Made by a program: the position numbers and the translations under genes
DNA from: an uncultured delta proteobacterium
GTDB lineage: Bacteria; Myxococcota_A; Polyangia; Polyangiales; Polyangiaceae
Length of the DNA stretch: 64,000 nucleotides
Direction: 5' to 3'
Assembly (NCBI GenBank): GCA_963806225.1
Contig: CAWDXG010000004.1
Location: 2,688,001 to 2,752,000, forward strand
Shown here: positions 20,528 to 30,684 of the stretch, piece after piece
Layout: every line of letters begins with the position of its first letter
Numbering within the stretch: position 1 is the stretch's first letter
The notes under the pieces: model-generated
Database searches by the model: none
What the model was told of the DNA's origin: nothing
Seen by the model: only the letters and a program-made list of their open reading frames with translations

Positions 20528-21633
20528 ACGTTGCGGTATTCGTCGATGAATTCCCAGTCGGCGATCAGGTGCTTCTTGAGGAGCAGCGAGAGCAACGCGG
20601 CGAACAGCGCCTCCCAGCGGGCGTTGTCGCCGAGGATCTCCGTCGCGTCGGCGCCGTGCGAGACCGCGCGCAGTGCCGCCACCAGATCGCGGGCCGTCAG
20701 CTGATCGTCAGAGGGCCCGGGCCGCTCGGAGGGCTCGCGCTTCTTCGCGCCCCTGGCGGGCAGGTTCACCTGCGTGCCGTCGAGCAGCGTGAGCGTGATC
20801 ATGCGGGCGCCGCCCTTCTTCTTCGGCGCGGGCATGCTGATCTCGCGGGACTCGATCTGCGGGCCGCTCTCGGGCGGAGGTGTCAGCGTGGGCGCGTACC
20901 CGGCCGCTGCCGCGGACGGCTCGACGGCTTCCGCGGGCGGTGCCCCTCCGGACGCTTCGGCCGCGGGCTCGGGCTCTTCTGCCGGCGCTTCCCGGGGCTC
21001 GACCGGCTTGACGTTCGCGAGCGGCACGGCTTCTTCGGCAGCGTCGCCGTCCGGCTCGACCGCGCCTTCCACCGCGCCTTCCGGCTCGTCCGCGCCTTCC
21101 GGCTCGTCCGCGCTTTCCGGCTCGTCGACGGCACCCTCGTGGGCGACCTCTGCCTGTGCTTCGGAGAGCGACGCGGAGCGCGCGCGACCGCCGTAATAGA
21201 CACGGATCGCCGAGGCGATGTCGGAGGGCGGCGCGATCATCGCCCGCACGGGCAGCCCGCTGTACTGGGTGACGGCCGCCAGCGCCGACTCGTCACTGGG
21301 GTCGTCCATCGCGACGTAGAGCGTCTCGCCCAGACCGCGCACGCGCCGCACGAAGATCGGCACCAGGCAGTGCTCGTCCGCGATGTCGCGCGGAACGAGG
21401 TTGAGGAGCTGCCGGGAGAAGTCGATGTGGTAGAGCGACACCCACGGCACGCTGAGTTGCTGGCTGAGGATCTGCGTGACCTGGGTCTCGGTGACCAACC
21501 CCGACTCGACCAGCAAGGTGCCCAGACGGCGGCCGTCCTTGTTCTGCAGCGCTAGAACCTCCGCGAGCTGCTCGCGCGTGATGATCTGGGCCTCGACCAG
21601 CAGATCGCCCAGCCGGACTCTCGGCGTCGTCAT
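20524..21633 (-). CDS. MshEN / T2SSE N-terminal domain protein without an ATPase
   Basis: RLGDLLVEAQII...LQ and RLGTLLVESGLV...QQ motifs, LYVAMDDP; acidic Pro/Ala linker; no Walker A. Confidence 0.85.
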   Translation of the reverse strand: MTTPRVRLGDLLVEAQIITREQLAEVLALQNKDGRRLGTLLVESGLVTETQVTQILSQQLSVPWVSLYHIDFSRQLLNLVPRDIADEHCLVPIFVRRVRGLGETLYVAMDDPSDESALAAVTQYSGLPVRAMIAPPSDIASAIRVYYGGRARSASLSEAQAEVAHEGAVDEPESADEPEGADEPEGAVEGAVEPDGDAAEEAVPLANVKPVEPREAPAEEPEPAAEASGGAPPAEAVEPSAAAAGYAPTLTPPPESGPQIESREISMPAPKKKGGARMITLTLLDGTQVNLPARGAKKREPSERPGPSDDQLTARDLVAALRAVSHGADATEILGDNARWEALFAALLSLLLKKHLIADWEFIDEYRNV

Positions 21634-21943
21634 CCAGCGTGAGACTACTCCACAGAGCCCCCGGCGCCACCCTGTTCTAGCCAGGATTTCGCGAGGATGC
21701 AGCGCTCGGCGCCTGCGGCCGGGGGCGAATTCCAACCGGGGTGCATCCCGTACAGGGGTTTTCTCCCACGCCCCGCTGCTGGATACCCGGCCGGCGACAG
21801 AAGGGGGCGAGAACTCCCCAGAAGCGTGGTATTTTCAGCCGCGTTCCCCCACGGAGTCCGTGGGCCGGATCGAGGCCTTCTGCCAGTGGTGGTCCGGGGC
21901 AGTACTGGCCACCCACTGGAGCTGGTCGTAGTTAGAACTGGTC

Positions 21944-24628
21944 ATGGTGTCCTCCGAAGCCGCTCCGATACGTCCTTGCCCGCAATGCGGGACTGCGTGC
22001 GCGCCCGAGCATCACTACTGCCCCGCCTGCGGATTCCCCGTGGGGACGGTCGGCAGTGACAACGAGGACAAATTCGTCGGCACCACGCTCCCCGGCGGCT
22101 ACCACATCCTCGACCTCATCAGCGTCGGCGGCATGGGCCGGGTGTACCGCGCCGAGCAGAGCGTGCTCGGCCGCACGGTGGCGGTGAAGATCATCCACCC
22201 GCACCTGCTGTCGGACGAGAACTCCGCCGTCCGCTTCATGACCGAGGCGCGCGCCGCGAGCCAGCTCAACCACCCGAACTCCGTGGCCGTGTTCGATTTC
22301 GGCCGCACCGACGACGGCCAGCCGTATCTGGTCATGGAGTTTTTGCGCGGCAAGGATCTCGCGCGGGTCGCCTACGAGGAGGGGCCCTTGCCCTTCTCGC
22401 GAGTCGTCGACGTGCTCAGGCAGGTCCTGACGGCGCTCGGCGAGGCGCACGAGCTGGGCATCGTGCATCGCGATCTAAAGCCCGAGAACGTCATCCTGGA
22501 ACCGCTGCGTCGGGGCGGCGATTTCGTGAAGGTCGTGGATTTCGGCCTGGCCAAGCTCAAGGCCGACGCCCAGGCGCCCAGCGTGACGAGCCCGGGGATC
22601 GTGTGTGGGACTCCGGACTACATGGCGCCGGAACAGGGCCGCGGCGATCCCATCGACGGTCGCAGCGATCTGTACGCGGTCGGTGTGATCCTGTTCCAGC
22701 TGCTCACCGGCCGCCTCCCGTTCGAAGCCGACAGCCCGACGCAGGTCGTGATGATGCACCTGTCGATCCCGGTGCCGGACCCGCGCCAGGTCGCGCCCGA
22801 GCGGAACATCCCCGCGCCGCTTGTGGACGTGGTGTTCAAGGCGCTCGAGAAAGAGGCCGACAAGCGCTACCAGGACGCGCTCGAGTTCGCCGACGCGCTG
22901 GCGGACGCGCAGAAGGCCAGTGAGAGCAATCCGCCGGACCAGCGGCTCTCGGCGCCCTCGCTGATACCGGGCAGCACCGTGAGCTGCCCTTCGTGCGGCA
23001 TCACGGTGCCGATGGCGAAGTTCTGCTGCGAGTGCGGTACGCGCCTCACGCCGCAGAGCCTCGCGCCTGAAACGGCGACTCCGCCGCAGCTGCCGCTGCC
23101 GCTCGTGGGTCGCGACGAGGATCTCGCCTGGCTCGCGGACCGCAGGCAGACGGTAGCCAGCTCGCTCGTGTCGGCGCGGATCGTTGGCGAGCCCGGAGCC
23201 GGCAAGACACGCTTGCTCTGCGAATTCCTCGAACGCTGCAACGGCGCAGGCGACCTCACCGTGAAAACCGGCCCCGACCCGTTCGGGGCGGAGGTCGCCT
23301 ACTACGCTCTGCGTGACACGATCCGGCGGCTGGCCGGCACCGGCGAGCAGGAAAACGGCAGGCGCCGCTACGAAGGGGCCAGCGCCGAAGCCCGCCGCGG
23401 ACTCGACGAGATGTTCGAGGTCTCGGAGCGCAATTCGGACAAGCGATCGCCGGTAGAGCGACGCCACGCACTTGCCGAGGCCTTGCGCTGGGCACTGGTC
23501 CGCGCCGCCGGGACAGCCGCACCGGGCCGCGTCATCGTGGCGGTCGACGAGCTGCATCGCGTCGACGCACCGAGCCGGGACGCCTTTGCAGACGTGGTCG
23601 GCGAGCCGCCGGACTGCGCGCTCATGATGATCGCAACACACACGCCAGGCTTCGAGTCGGGCTGGGGAGGCGGAGCCCGGGTGCTCGGCGGGCTGCCACC
23701 GCCCGTAGTGTCGCGACTCGTGCGTTCCGCACGACCGGCCGACGGGCTGTCGTGGGAGAGTGGCGAGGACGGCACCGGTGGACACGGCGCACTGCCGATG
23801 TATGTCGAACAGCTCGTGCGCTACTCGCTGGAGGGCGGGAGCGATCCACCGAGCCGCCTCGCCGACCTGGTCGCCCATCGGATGGACACGCTGGACCCGC
23901 ACGCCCGCCGCGCGCTGCAGGCGCTTGCGGTGCTCGGCGACTCGTCGGAGCCGAAGGACGTGGCCCGGCTGCTGCCGAAGTCCCATCAACTCGACGGCGC
24001 GCTGGACACACTCCAAAGCGCGGGAATGATCGAGCGCTCCGGCGTTCTGGTCTCGACATCGCACCCGCTGCTGCGCGAGATCGTGCTGGCCGGCATCCCT
24101 GCGGCCGTGCGCCGCGAGCTCCACGCCAAGGCGCTCAGTGTCTGCGAGCGGCGCTCGGCGCCGATCGAAGCCCGCGCGCAGCACGCCTACTACTCGCAGG
24201 ACTCGTTCTCGGCGCTGATGTTGCTGGAGCAGGTCGCGGACCGCGCGGCGACGCGCGGCGATGTGGCCACCGAGGTGCTCGCGCTCCGCCGCGGCCTCGA
24301 GGTCGCCAGGCAGGAGATCTCGCGCGGCGAGTTGGACGACCCGCTCAGAGCGGTGCTCATCTTCGGTCGCAAACTGGGCTCCGCGCTCACGCGCTCGGGC
24401 AATTTCGCCGACGCGGAAGGGGTGCTGCGCGAAGCCCTCGACGTCGCCGGGCCGAGCGGCCCGGACCGTGCCAAGGTGCTCGGCGCGCTCGCGCAGGTGG
24501 CGCACGGACGCCAGCGCCCTGCCGAGGCCATCGGATTCATCGACGAGGCTATCGAGATGGCGCAGCAGAGCGGCGAGCGCGAGCTGTTGTCGACGCTCGC
24601 GGACACGCGCCGTGCCTGGGCCTCCTGA
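21944..24628 (+). CDS. Ser/Thr protein kinase with zinc ribbons, a P-loop NTPase-like domain and a helical C-terminus
   Basis: CPQC..CPAC, GGMGRVY, VAVK, HRDLKPEN, DFG, GTPDYMAPE, CPSC..CCEC, GEPGAGKT. Confidence 0.92.
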   Translation: MVSSEAAPIRPCPQCGTACAPEHHYCPACGFPVGTVGSDNEDKFVGTTLPGGYHILDLISVGGMGRVYRAEQSVLGRTVAVKIIHPHLLSDENSAVRFMTEARAASQLNHPNSVAVFDFGRTDDGQPYLVMEFLRGKDLARVAYEEGPLPFSRVVDVLRQVLTALGEAHELGIVHRDLKPENVILEPLRRGGDFVKVVDFGLAKLKADAQAPSVTSPGIVCGTPDYMAPEQGRGDPIDGRSDLYAVGVILFQLLTGRLPFEADSPTQVVMMHLSIPVPDPRQVAPERNIPAPLVDVVFKALEKEADKRYQDALEFADALADAQKASESNPPDQRLSAPSLIPGSTVSCPSCGITVPMAKFCCECGTRLTPQSLAPETATPPQLPLPLVGRDEDLAWLADRRQTVASSLVSARIVGEPGAGKTRLLCEFLERCNGAGDLTVKTGPDPFGAEVAYYALRDTIRRLAGTGEQENGRRRYEGASAEARRGLDEMFEVSERNSDKRSPVERRHALAEALRWALVRAAGTAAPGRVIVAVDELHRVDAPSRDAFADVVGEPPDCALMMIATHTPGFESGWGGGARVLGGLPPPVVSRLVRSARPADGLSWESGEDGTGGHGALPMYVEQLVRYSLEGGSDPPSRLADLVAHRMDTLDPHARRALQALAVLGDSSEPKDVARLLPKSHQLDGALDTLQSAGMIERSGVLVSTSHPLLREIVLAGIPAAVRRELHAKALSVCERRSAPIEARAQHAYYSQDSFSALMLLEQVADRAATRGDVATEVLALRRGLEVARQEISRGELDDPLRAVLIFGRKLGSALTRSGNFADAEGVLREALDVAGPSGPDRAKVLGALAQVAHGRQRPAEAIGFIDEAIEMAQQSGERELLSTLADTRRAWAS

Positions 24629-24637
24629 GGCGCCGGC

Positions 24638-25732
24638 ATGACATCCAGCGCGACGAACGCGGACGGGACCGACGCGGCTCCAGGTAGGGGCGTAGCTCCG
24701 GCGGCAGCGCTTCCGCTCGAGTTCATCGCGCGCTGGGACCTGGACAAGACCTATCTGCGCACTGATTTCGACACGCTGGGCGATCTGGTGCGGACGGCCT
24801 TCGAGCGGCCCGACCGCAAACGCTCGGTACCGGGGGCAGCGGCGCTGCTTCGCGAGCTCGGCCGCACCGGCGCGCGCATCCACATCCTGAGCGGCAGCCC
24901 GCGACAGATGAAGAGCCGGCTCGAGGAGAAGCTCCGCATCGATCGCGTGCGCTGGGATGAGCTGACGCTCAAGCCGAACCTCGGCAACATGATGCGGTTC
25001 AGGTTCCGCGCGCTCAGGGACCAGCTGGGCTACAAGCTGCCCGTTCTGCTCGGCAGGCGCACGCGTGACCAGCTGCTCGGCAGCGACGACGAGCTGGTCA
25101 GCGAAGTGCTGGTCGGCGATGACGCGGAAGCGGACGCATTCGTCTATTCGCTGTATGCCGACATCTGCGCCGCAACCGTGAACCGCATCGAGCTGGAGCG
25201 GGTCCTGGACGCGGGACAGGTCTACAGCGACATCCGCGCCGAATGCCTCGACGCTTTGCCCATGCTCCGGCGGGGTCCGGTGGTGGAGCGCATCTTGATC
25301 CACCTCGACCGGCAGACACCTCCCAGCCGCTTCAGCGACTATGGGCCGCGCGTCGTTCCCTTCTACAACTACCTGCAGGCCGCGTTCGTACTCGCCGAGG
25401 ATGGGCGGCTCGACGGCAGCGCAGTGCTACGCGTCGCACAGGAATTCGTGGTGCGCTATCGCTTCGACGCCGACGCGCTGGCACGAAGCTACCTCGATCT
25501 CATGCGGCGAGGACGGGTCCGGGGGCGGCTCCAGGCTGCGCTTGAAGAAGGGCTCCCGGCATTCGAGCCGGACGCAGCGGGCGGCCAGCTGTCGGGGATG
25601 TGCGAGCAGATCGCCGGGTACATCCGGGAGCGCCCTGACGGCGATCCGCCGCCCGAACCGCAGCTCGACTATGTCGAGCTGGCGCGCCGGCACAAGAGTG
25701 GACGCAACCGCACGCACCGGCGGGGGCGTTGA
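24638..25732 (+). CDS. HAD-like phosphatase (App1/DUF2183-like)
   Basis: WDLDKTYL (DxDxT), ILSGSP, LGYKL, LVGDDAEAD. Confidence 0.7.
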   Translation: MTSSATNADGTDAAPGRGVAPAAALPLEFIARWDLDKTYLRTDFDTLGDLVRTAFERPDRKRSVPGAAALLRELGRTGARIHILSGSPRQMKSRLEEKLRIDRVRWDELTLKPNLGNMMRFRFRALRDQLGYKLPVLLGRRTRDQLLGSDDELVSEVLVGDDAEADAFVYSLYADICAATVNRIELERVLDAGQVYSDIRAECLDALPMLRRGPVVERILIHLDRQTPPSRFSDYGPRVVPFYNYLQAAFVLAEDGRLDGSAVLRVAQEFVVRYRFDADALARSYLDLMRRGRVRGRLQAALEEGLPAFEPDAAGGQLSGMCEQIAGYIRERPDGDPPPEPQLDYVELARRHKSGRNRTHRRGR

Positions 25733-25738
25733 GCAAGG

Positions 25739-26557
25739 TCACACCCAGGCGTTGTTCAGCACTTCGCCGACCCCGCCGGCGCCGGGAACGATGTACTGCT
25801 TGTCGTTGAGCCCGCGCTCTTCGTTCCAGCGTTCGCCCGGGACGGCGTCGAGCACGTCGTCGGGCGAAAGGCCGCGATCCAACCTGAGCGCGTAGATGAT
25901 CGCGTCCGGCACCTCGGTCGTCACGCGCCGGACATACTCGGGCGTCACGATCAGATTCAGTGCAATGCAGCGGTGCGGCACGCCGTCGAGATGCTCGCGA
26001 TAGTGCCGCATCGCGCTCACCATGGAGGAGCCGGTCGCGCCCATCGGATCGGGAAACAGCACGAATCGGCCGTCCACGTCCCGTCCAATCTTGGCGTCAT
26101 GCCACTCGGCGCCGGTCACCTCGCCCTTGTCGTTGGTGACGCGGCTCATGAATAGGTGATCCTGCCGGACACCCGAGGGATCGAGCACGGTGTTCAGCAT
26201 GTCGTAGGTGACCTGGGACGGCATCGTGCCGGCGCGCGCGATGCCGACCGTGACCACTTTGGTGTCGCGGGACACGACCGTGCCGCGATAGACGGCCTCG
26301 GCCGGATGCTGCGTCACCATCCGCGTCTTGACGCTGGCGCGCTCGCGAGGAAGCTCCTGGGCGACGACTGCGCGGACCAACCACTCGTAGAGCGTGACCA
26401 CCAGCCGCCCGACTTCGGGCTGGTTGACCTCCGGCGCGCACGCGCGCGCGAGCAGCGTCCAGGCGAGCGGATCGTCCAGCAGATGGACCTGCTCGCCGTA
26501 GCGATGCTCGAGCTCGGAGGAACGGAACCGACTCTGGAGATAGGCAGCGTCCGGCAT
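25739..26557 (-). CDS. upp: Uracil phosphoribosyltransferase
   Basis: PRPP loop FPDPMGATGSS; C-terminal LNDKQYIVPGAG. Confidence 0.85.
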   Translation of the reverse strand: MPDAAYLQSRFRSSELEHRYGEQVHLLDDPLAWTLLARACAPEVNQPEVGRLVVTLYEWLVRAVVAQELPRERASVKTRMVTQHPAEAVYRGTVVSRDTKVVTVGIARAGTMPSQVTYDMLNTVLDPSGVRQDHLFMSRVTNDKGEVTGAEWHDAKIGRDVDGRFVLFPDPMGATGSSMVSAMRHYREHLDGVPHRCIALNLIVTPEYVRRVTTEVPDAIIYALRLDRGLSPDDVLDAVPGERWNEERGLNDKQYIVPGAGGVGEVLNNAWV

Positions 26558-26857
26558 GGGGTGCGTAGGCTATCCCAACGCGCAGCCCAGCGGATGGCCC
26601 CCATACATCGACCGGTCGGCCGGCTGTTGGTCGGTGCGGCCGGCTGCGCTTGCTGGCCCTGGAGCACCCGTGTGCTACCCCCGACAGGATTCTGATTGCC
26701 CTGCCCGGCTGGGCAACAGCGCGAGTTCGACTGGCGAAATGCGAGAAATCCCAATAGGCTCGGCCCCAGCCCGGCTCGGGCATCCCACCCAAGCCTCCGC
26801 GACTGCCAGCCGTCGCGGTAGCACGCCCGCCCCCACGGGCGATGAAAGGATCGCGAC

Positions 26858-27466
26858 GTGGACAGCGATCTGGCCGAATCGTTCTCTGCCTTCAAGGAGT
26901 CCTTCGAGCGCCGCACCATCGCGGCCACCTTCGGCAAGGCCGATCCAGACCTGGTCGCCGAATTGAAGGACAAGCTGGGCCTGCCGCGTCGATACCGCGA
27001 GTTTCTGCTGGCGGGCGACCCCACGGACGTGGAGACGCGGACGCCCTCCGAACGCGTGCGGCTGATCCCGGCCACGCAGCTCGAAGCGGAACAGAAGGGC
27101 TTCGCGCTGGACGAGTCGGGCGAGCTGCGCACCGAACCGACCGCCGCGGGCTGGCGGCCGAGCTGGATCATCGTGGCGCACAGCTCGCTGCTGGGTGACC
27201 CGTATTTTCTCGACACCTCGTTGCCGGACGCCGAGGGCGACTGCACCGTCTTCACCGCCATGAGCGGCACCGACACCTGGAAGCCGCGGCTCTGCGCTTC
27301 AAGCTTTGCGATGTTCGTGCGCATCCTGGCGATCGGGATGGAAGTCGCAGAGGGTTTCGCCGACGAGGACGTGGACATGGACGACGAGCAGGTCTTCCGC
27401 GACACGCTGGGCCCGCGGATCCGCCAGTACGATCCGGCCGCGCTGAAAGCAGGCCACTGGACGTGA
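26858..27466 (+). CDS. SMI1/KNR4 family protein
   Basis: ELKDKLGLPRRYREFL, WIIVAH..LGDPYFLD, ASSFAMFV. Confidence 0.72.
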   Translation: MDSDLAESFSAFKESFERRTIAATFGKADPDLVAELKDKLGLPRRYREFLLAGDPTDVETRTPSERVRLIPATQLEAEQKGFALDESGELRTEPTAAGWRPSWIIVAHSSLLGDPYFLDTSLPDAEGDCTVFTAMSGTDTWKPRLCASSFAMFVRILAIGMEVAEGFADEDVDMDDEQVFRDTLGPRIRQYDPAALKAGHWT

Positions 27467-28764
27467 CGGGCCCGGCGGAGCTGCTTCGCTCCGCCGCGAT
27501 GGGCGCGGCCGGCTTCGAGCACGAGCTGGAGCGTCTGGCGCGTCGCGGCGAGAGCGATCTCGGGCGGGTCGAGTCGCAGGTGCGCGAGATCCTCTCGGCG
27601 GTGCGAAGCGAGGGCGACGCAGCCGTGCACCGCTATGTCGAACGCTTCGAGCATCGCAAGCCAGGCGCGCTGCTGCTCGAGGACTACGGCGGCCGCGAGG
27701 CGCTGGAGGCGCAGCCCCCGGTCATCCGCGCAGCGCTGGAGCTGGCAGCCGCGCGGATCCAGAGCTACCACGAGCGGCAGGCGGAGCAGCTGAAGAGCTT
27801 TTCGTACGCAGAAGGAGGCATCGAGCTCGGCGGTCGCGTGACGCCGCTCTCGCGCGTGGGCGTGTACGCTCCCGGAGGCAAGGCGCGCTATCCCTCCAGC
27901 GTACTGATGAGCGCGATCCCGGCGGCGGTAGCTGGAGTCGGCGAGGTGATCGTCGCTACCCCCGCCCCGGGGCCCGAGGTGCGGGCGGCGTGCCACCTGG
28001 CCGGCGTCGGCGCGATCCTGGACGCGGGTGGCGCGCATGCCATCGCAGCGCTGGCCTACGGGACCGGCTCGATCCGCCGCGTGGACAAGATCGTCGGGCC
28101 TGGAAACATCTACGTGGCGGCCGCCAAGCGCCTGGTATTCGGCGAGGTGGCGATCGACAGCATCGCCGGGCCGAGCGAGATCCTCGTGGTCGCCGACGAG
28201 ACCGCCGACGCGAGGCTCATCGCAGCCGATCTGCTGAGCCAGGCCGAACACGACGAAGCAGCGTACCCGCTGCTCGTGTGCACCCAGAAGTCCACGGTCG
28301 AGGCGGTGCGGCGCGCTCTGTCCGAGCAGCTCGCGGACCTGCCCCGCCGCGACGTCGCACAGGCCTCGCTCCGCGCCAACGGCTTCGCGCTGGTCGTGAA
28401 CGGCCGCGAAGCCCTGGCCGGCGTGGCGGATCGCCTGGCGGTCGAGCACGTGGCGCTGCACACGCGGGACGCCCGCGAGCTCGCCGACCGCATCCATCGC
28501 GCGGGCGCGCTGTTCATCGGCGCGTCGACGCCGGAAGCGGCGGGGGACTACGTCGCGGGGCCATCCCACGTGCTTCCCACGGGTGGCGCCGCCCGCTTCA
28601 GCGCACCGCTCGGTGTCTACGATTTCGTGTCGCGGACGTCGCTCATCGCGTACGAAGCGGCGGCATTGGCGGATCAGGCCGACGCCATCACCGCCCTGGC
28701 GCGGCTCGAAGGGCTCGAGGCGCACGCACGGGCCGTGGAGCGGCGCACGCATCGCGATGACTGA
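27463..28764 (+). CDS. hisD: Histidinol dehydrogenase
   Basis: VGVYAPGGKARYPSSVLM, VDKIVGPGNIYV, IAGPSE, DLLSQAEHD, GDYVAGPSHVLPT. Confidence 0.96.
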   Translation: MTGPAELLRSAAMGAAGFEHELERLARRGESDLGRVESQVREILSAVRSEGDAAVHRYVERFEHRKPGALLLEDYGGREALEAQPPVIRAALELAAARIQSYHERQAEQLKSFSYAEGGIELGGRVTPLSRVGVYAPGGKARYPSSVLMSAIPAAVAGVGEVIVATPAPGPEVRAACHLAGVGAILDAGGAHAIAALAYGTGSIRRVDKIVGPGNIYVAAAKRLVFGEVAIDSIAGPSEILVVADETADARLIAADLLSQAEHDEAAYPLLVCTQKSTVEAVRRALSEQLADLPRRDVAQASLRANGFALVVNGREALAGVADRLAVEHVALHTRDARELADRIHRAGALFIGASTPEAAGDYVAGPSHVLPTGGAARFSAPLGVYDFVSRTSLIAYEAAALADQADAITALARLEGLEAHARAVERRTHRDD

Positions 28765-29491
28765 AGTGCGCCCCGCACGAAATGACGCAGCCGGAGTCAC
28801 CCGGCGCGCTGTCCTTTTCGTGGCGGCGCTGTGTCTGGCGGCCCCGGCGCTCGGGAGCTGCCACAAGCACCAGGCGAGCGACAAGGCGGCGCCCGCGAAG
28901 CAGAGCGGCAAGGACCGCTACGCCGACGGCAAGGCACTGGCCCAGCACCTCGCGGGCGCGAAATCCAGATGGTCCCGCCCACCCAAGCTGCCGGATTGCA
29001 GCAAGCTGCTGGACGCCTCGCAGGTATCGCTGTGCGCGCAGGCAGGAAAAGCCGAGGCAGAGCTCGGCAGGCTCGTCGCTTCGGGCGCTTCGCCCGCAAA
29101 GCTGCTCGACGCCACCGGCAAGCTCGCCCTTGCCATGGCAGACGCCACGCACGCGCTGCGTCTGGCAGCCATGGGCTACCTGGGCAAACACGAGGGCGAC
29201 GCAGGCCGGGGTCGAAGCGGCAGCCCCTATCTAGAGCCGATGCAGCGCTACTACTTCGTGACCAACGGCACGCTGCAGTACCTGCTCGTGTTCCTTCAAT
29301 TCGGACCGCTCGACACGCGCCGCAAGGCCTTCGAGACGTTCGAGCGCTTCTGGCACGCCCATCCCGAGTGGACCGCGACGCGGAACCTGCTGGAAGCGGC
29401 CGCGCGCCGGGAACAAGACGCCGCCCTGGAGCAGCGCATCCTCGATCTGGCGCAGCATCCGCCCGCGCTTTCGCCGGGCAAAGCAAGGTAG
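28757..29491 (+). CDS. Putative lipoprotein
   Basis: MTEVRP..VTRRAVLFVAALCLAAPALGSC (RR plus lipobox); overlaps the hisD stop. Confidence 0.6.
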   Translation: MTEVRPARNDAAGVTRRAVLFVAALCLAAPALGSCHKHQASDKAAPAKQSGKDRYADGKALAQHLAGAKSRWSRPPKLPDCSKLLDASQVSLCAQAGKAEAELGRLVASGASPAKLLDATGKLALAMADATHALRLAAMGYLGKHEGDAGRGRSGSPYLEPMQRYYFVTNGTLQYLLVFLQFGPLDTRRKAFETFERFWHAHPEWTATRNLLEAAARREQDAALEQRILDLAQHPPALSPGKAR

Positions 29492-29498
29492 CGAGCGC

Positions 29499-30488
29499 CT
29501 ACTCCTGGGCCGCCAGATAGCCGCGCTGGATCAGATTCATGACGATGCCGGCGGTCTCCAGGTCCGTCAGGCTGCTGCGATCGAGGAGCGCCGCGAGGCT
29601 GGGGGAATTCAGAGCCTGCTGGAGGATATCGAGGTGGCTGGGCTCCAGCTCGTGCAGCGGCGCCTCGAGCGGCGTGCGCAGGATCAGGCGCGACTCGAGC
29701 GGCGGCAGCTTTTCGCGCAGCTGGTTGAACTCGTCCTGCTGGCGGAAGCCCTCCATGAGGATTTCCTGGACGGTCGCGTCGAGGGGCTCGTCGAACTTCC
29801 GCTCCTCCGGCGGGTCGAGCTGGAACATGCCGCGATGCCAGTCGAGCATGCGGTAGACGGCCTTGACCGGAGGTAGCTCCGGCTGCCCCTCGATCAATGC
29901 GTAGTGCACGACGCCCTGGTCGAAGTAGATGCGGCCGATGCGCGACTCCGTGCGCATCACGAGCACGCCGGTCTTGCGTGAGGTGCCGAACAGCTGCATC
30001 AGGTCGGGCAGCGGGATCTCCTCGAGGTTGCCGCTCATGCGCGGCGCCTCCTCGGGCTGGTAGCTCGGGCCGCGCTGGCGCGCTGTGGCACGCCGGACCG
30101 CCACCGCTTCCAGGTCGCGCCGGGAGTCCGGCTCCTCCACCCCCACGGACACCACCTTGAGGATGCTGGTCCCGATCAGGACCCGGTCCCCCTCCCTCAG
30201 CTCGGTCGCCTGGATCTTCTCGCCGTTGACGAAGGTCCCGTTCGTGGAGCCCAGGTCCTCGATGTGGATGACGCCGTCCTGCATGCGGATGCGGGCGTGA
30301 CGTCGCGAGACCATCTCCTCGACCAGCACCATGTCCAGGTCACTCGACCGGCCGACGACAATCTCCTGCCCCTCGCCCAGAGGAAACTCGCCCCCCTGGT
30401 ACTTGCCGGAGATGAATCGCAGCGCAAGGTTCGTCCGCAAGGGGCTTGCTTGCGAACCGCTGGAGTTCGGCGCGAGTCGGTCGGGCAT
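29499..30488 (-). CDS. FHA + DUF4388 domain protein
   Basis: VGRSS..VSRRHA..DLGSTNGTFVN (FHA); MSGNLEEIPLPDLMQL..RKTGVL (DUF4388). Confidence 0.9.
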   Translation of the reverse strand: MPDRLAPNSSGSQASPLRTNLALRFISGKYQGGEFPLGEGQEIVVGRSSDLDMVLVEEMVSRRHARIRMQDGVIHIEDLGSTNGTFVNGEKIQATELREGDRVLIGTSILKVVSVGVEEPDSRRDLEAVAVRRATARQRGPSYQPEEAPRMSGNLEEIPLPDLMQLFGTSRKTGVLVMRTESRIGRIYFDQGVVHYALIEGQPELPPVKAVYRMLDWHRGMFQLDPPEERKFDEPLDATVQEILMEGFRQQDEFNQLREKLPPLESRLILRTPLEAPLHELEPSHLDILQQALNSPSLAALLDRSSLTDLETAGIVMNLIQRGYLAAQE

Positions 30489-30684
30489 TAGGAGGCTGCG
30501 AGCCCACAGCGCCTGGCGACCTGGACCGTGCGCACAGGCAAGTGTGCGGAAAATAATAGGCTCCGGGCGAAGACCCGGTCAAGCTTGCTGGATCGGCCGG
30601 GGCAAGGCAGCGCGCACGCCCCCCCCAGCGCTCCTGACCCTTCGGCCGGCGGGCAAGTGGGCCCGGAGCTCTCGAGACCGTCGT

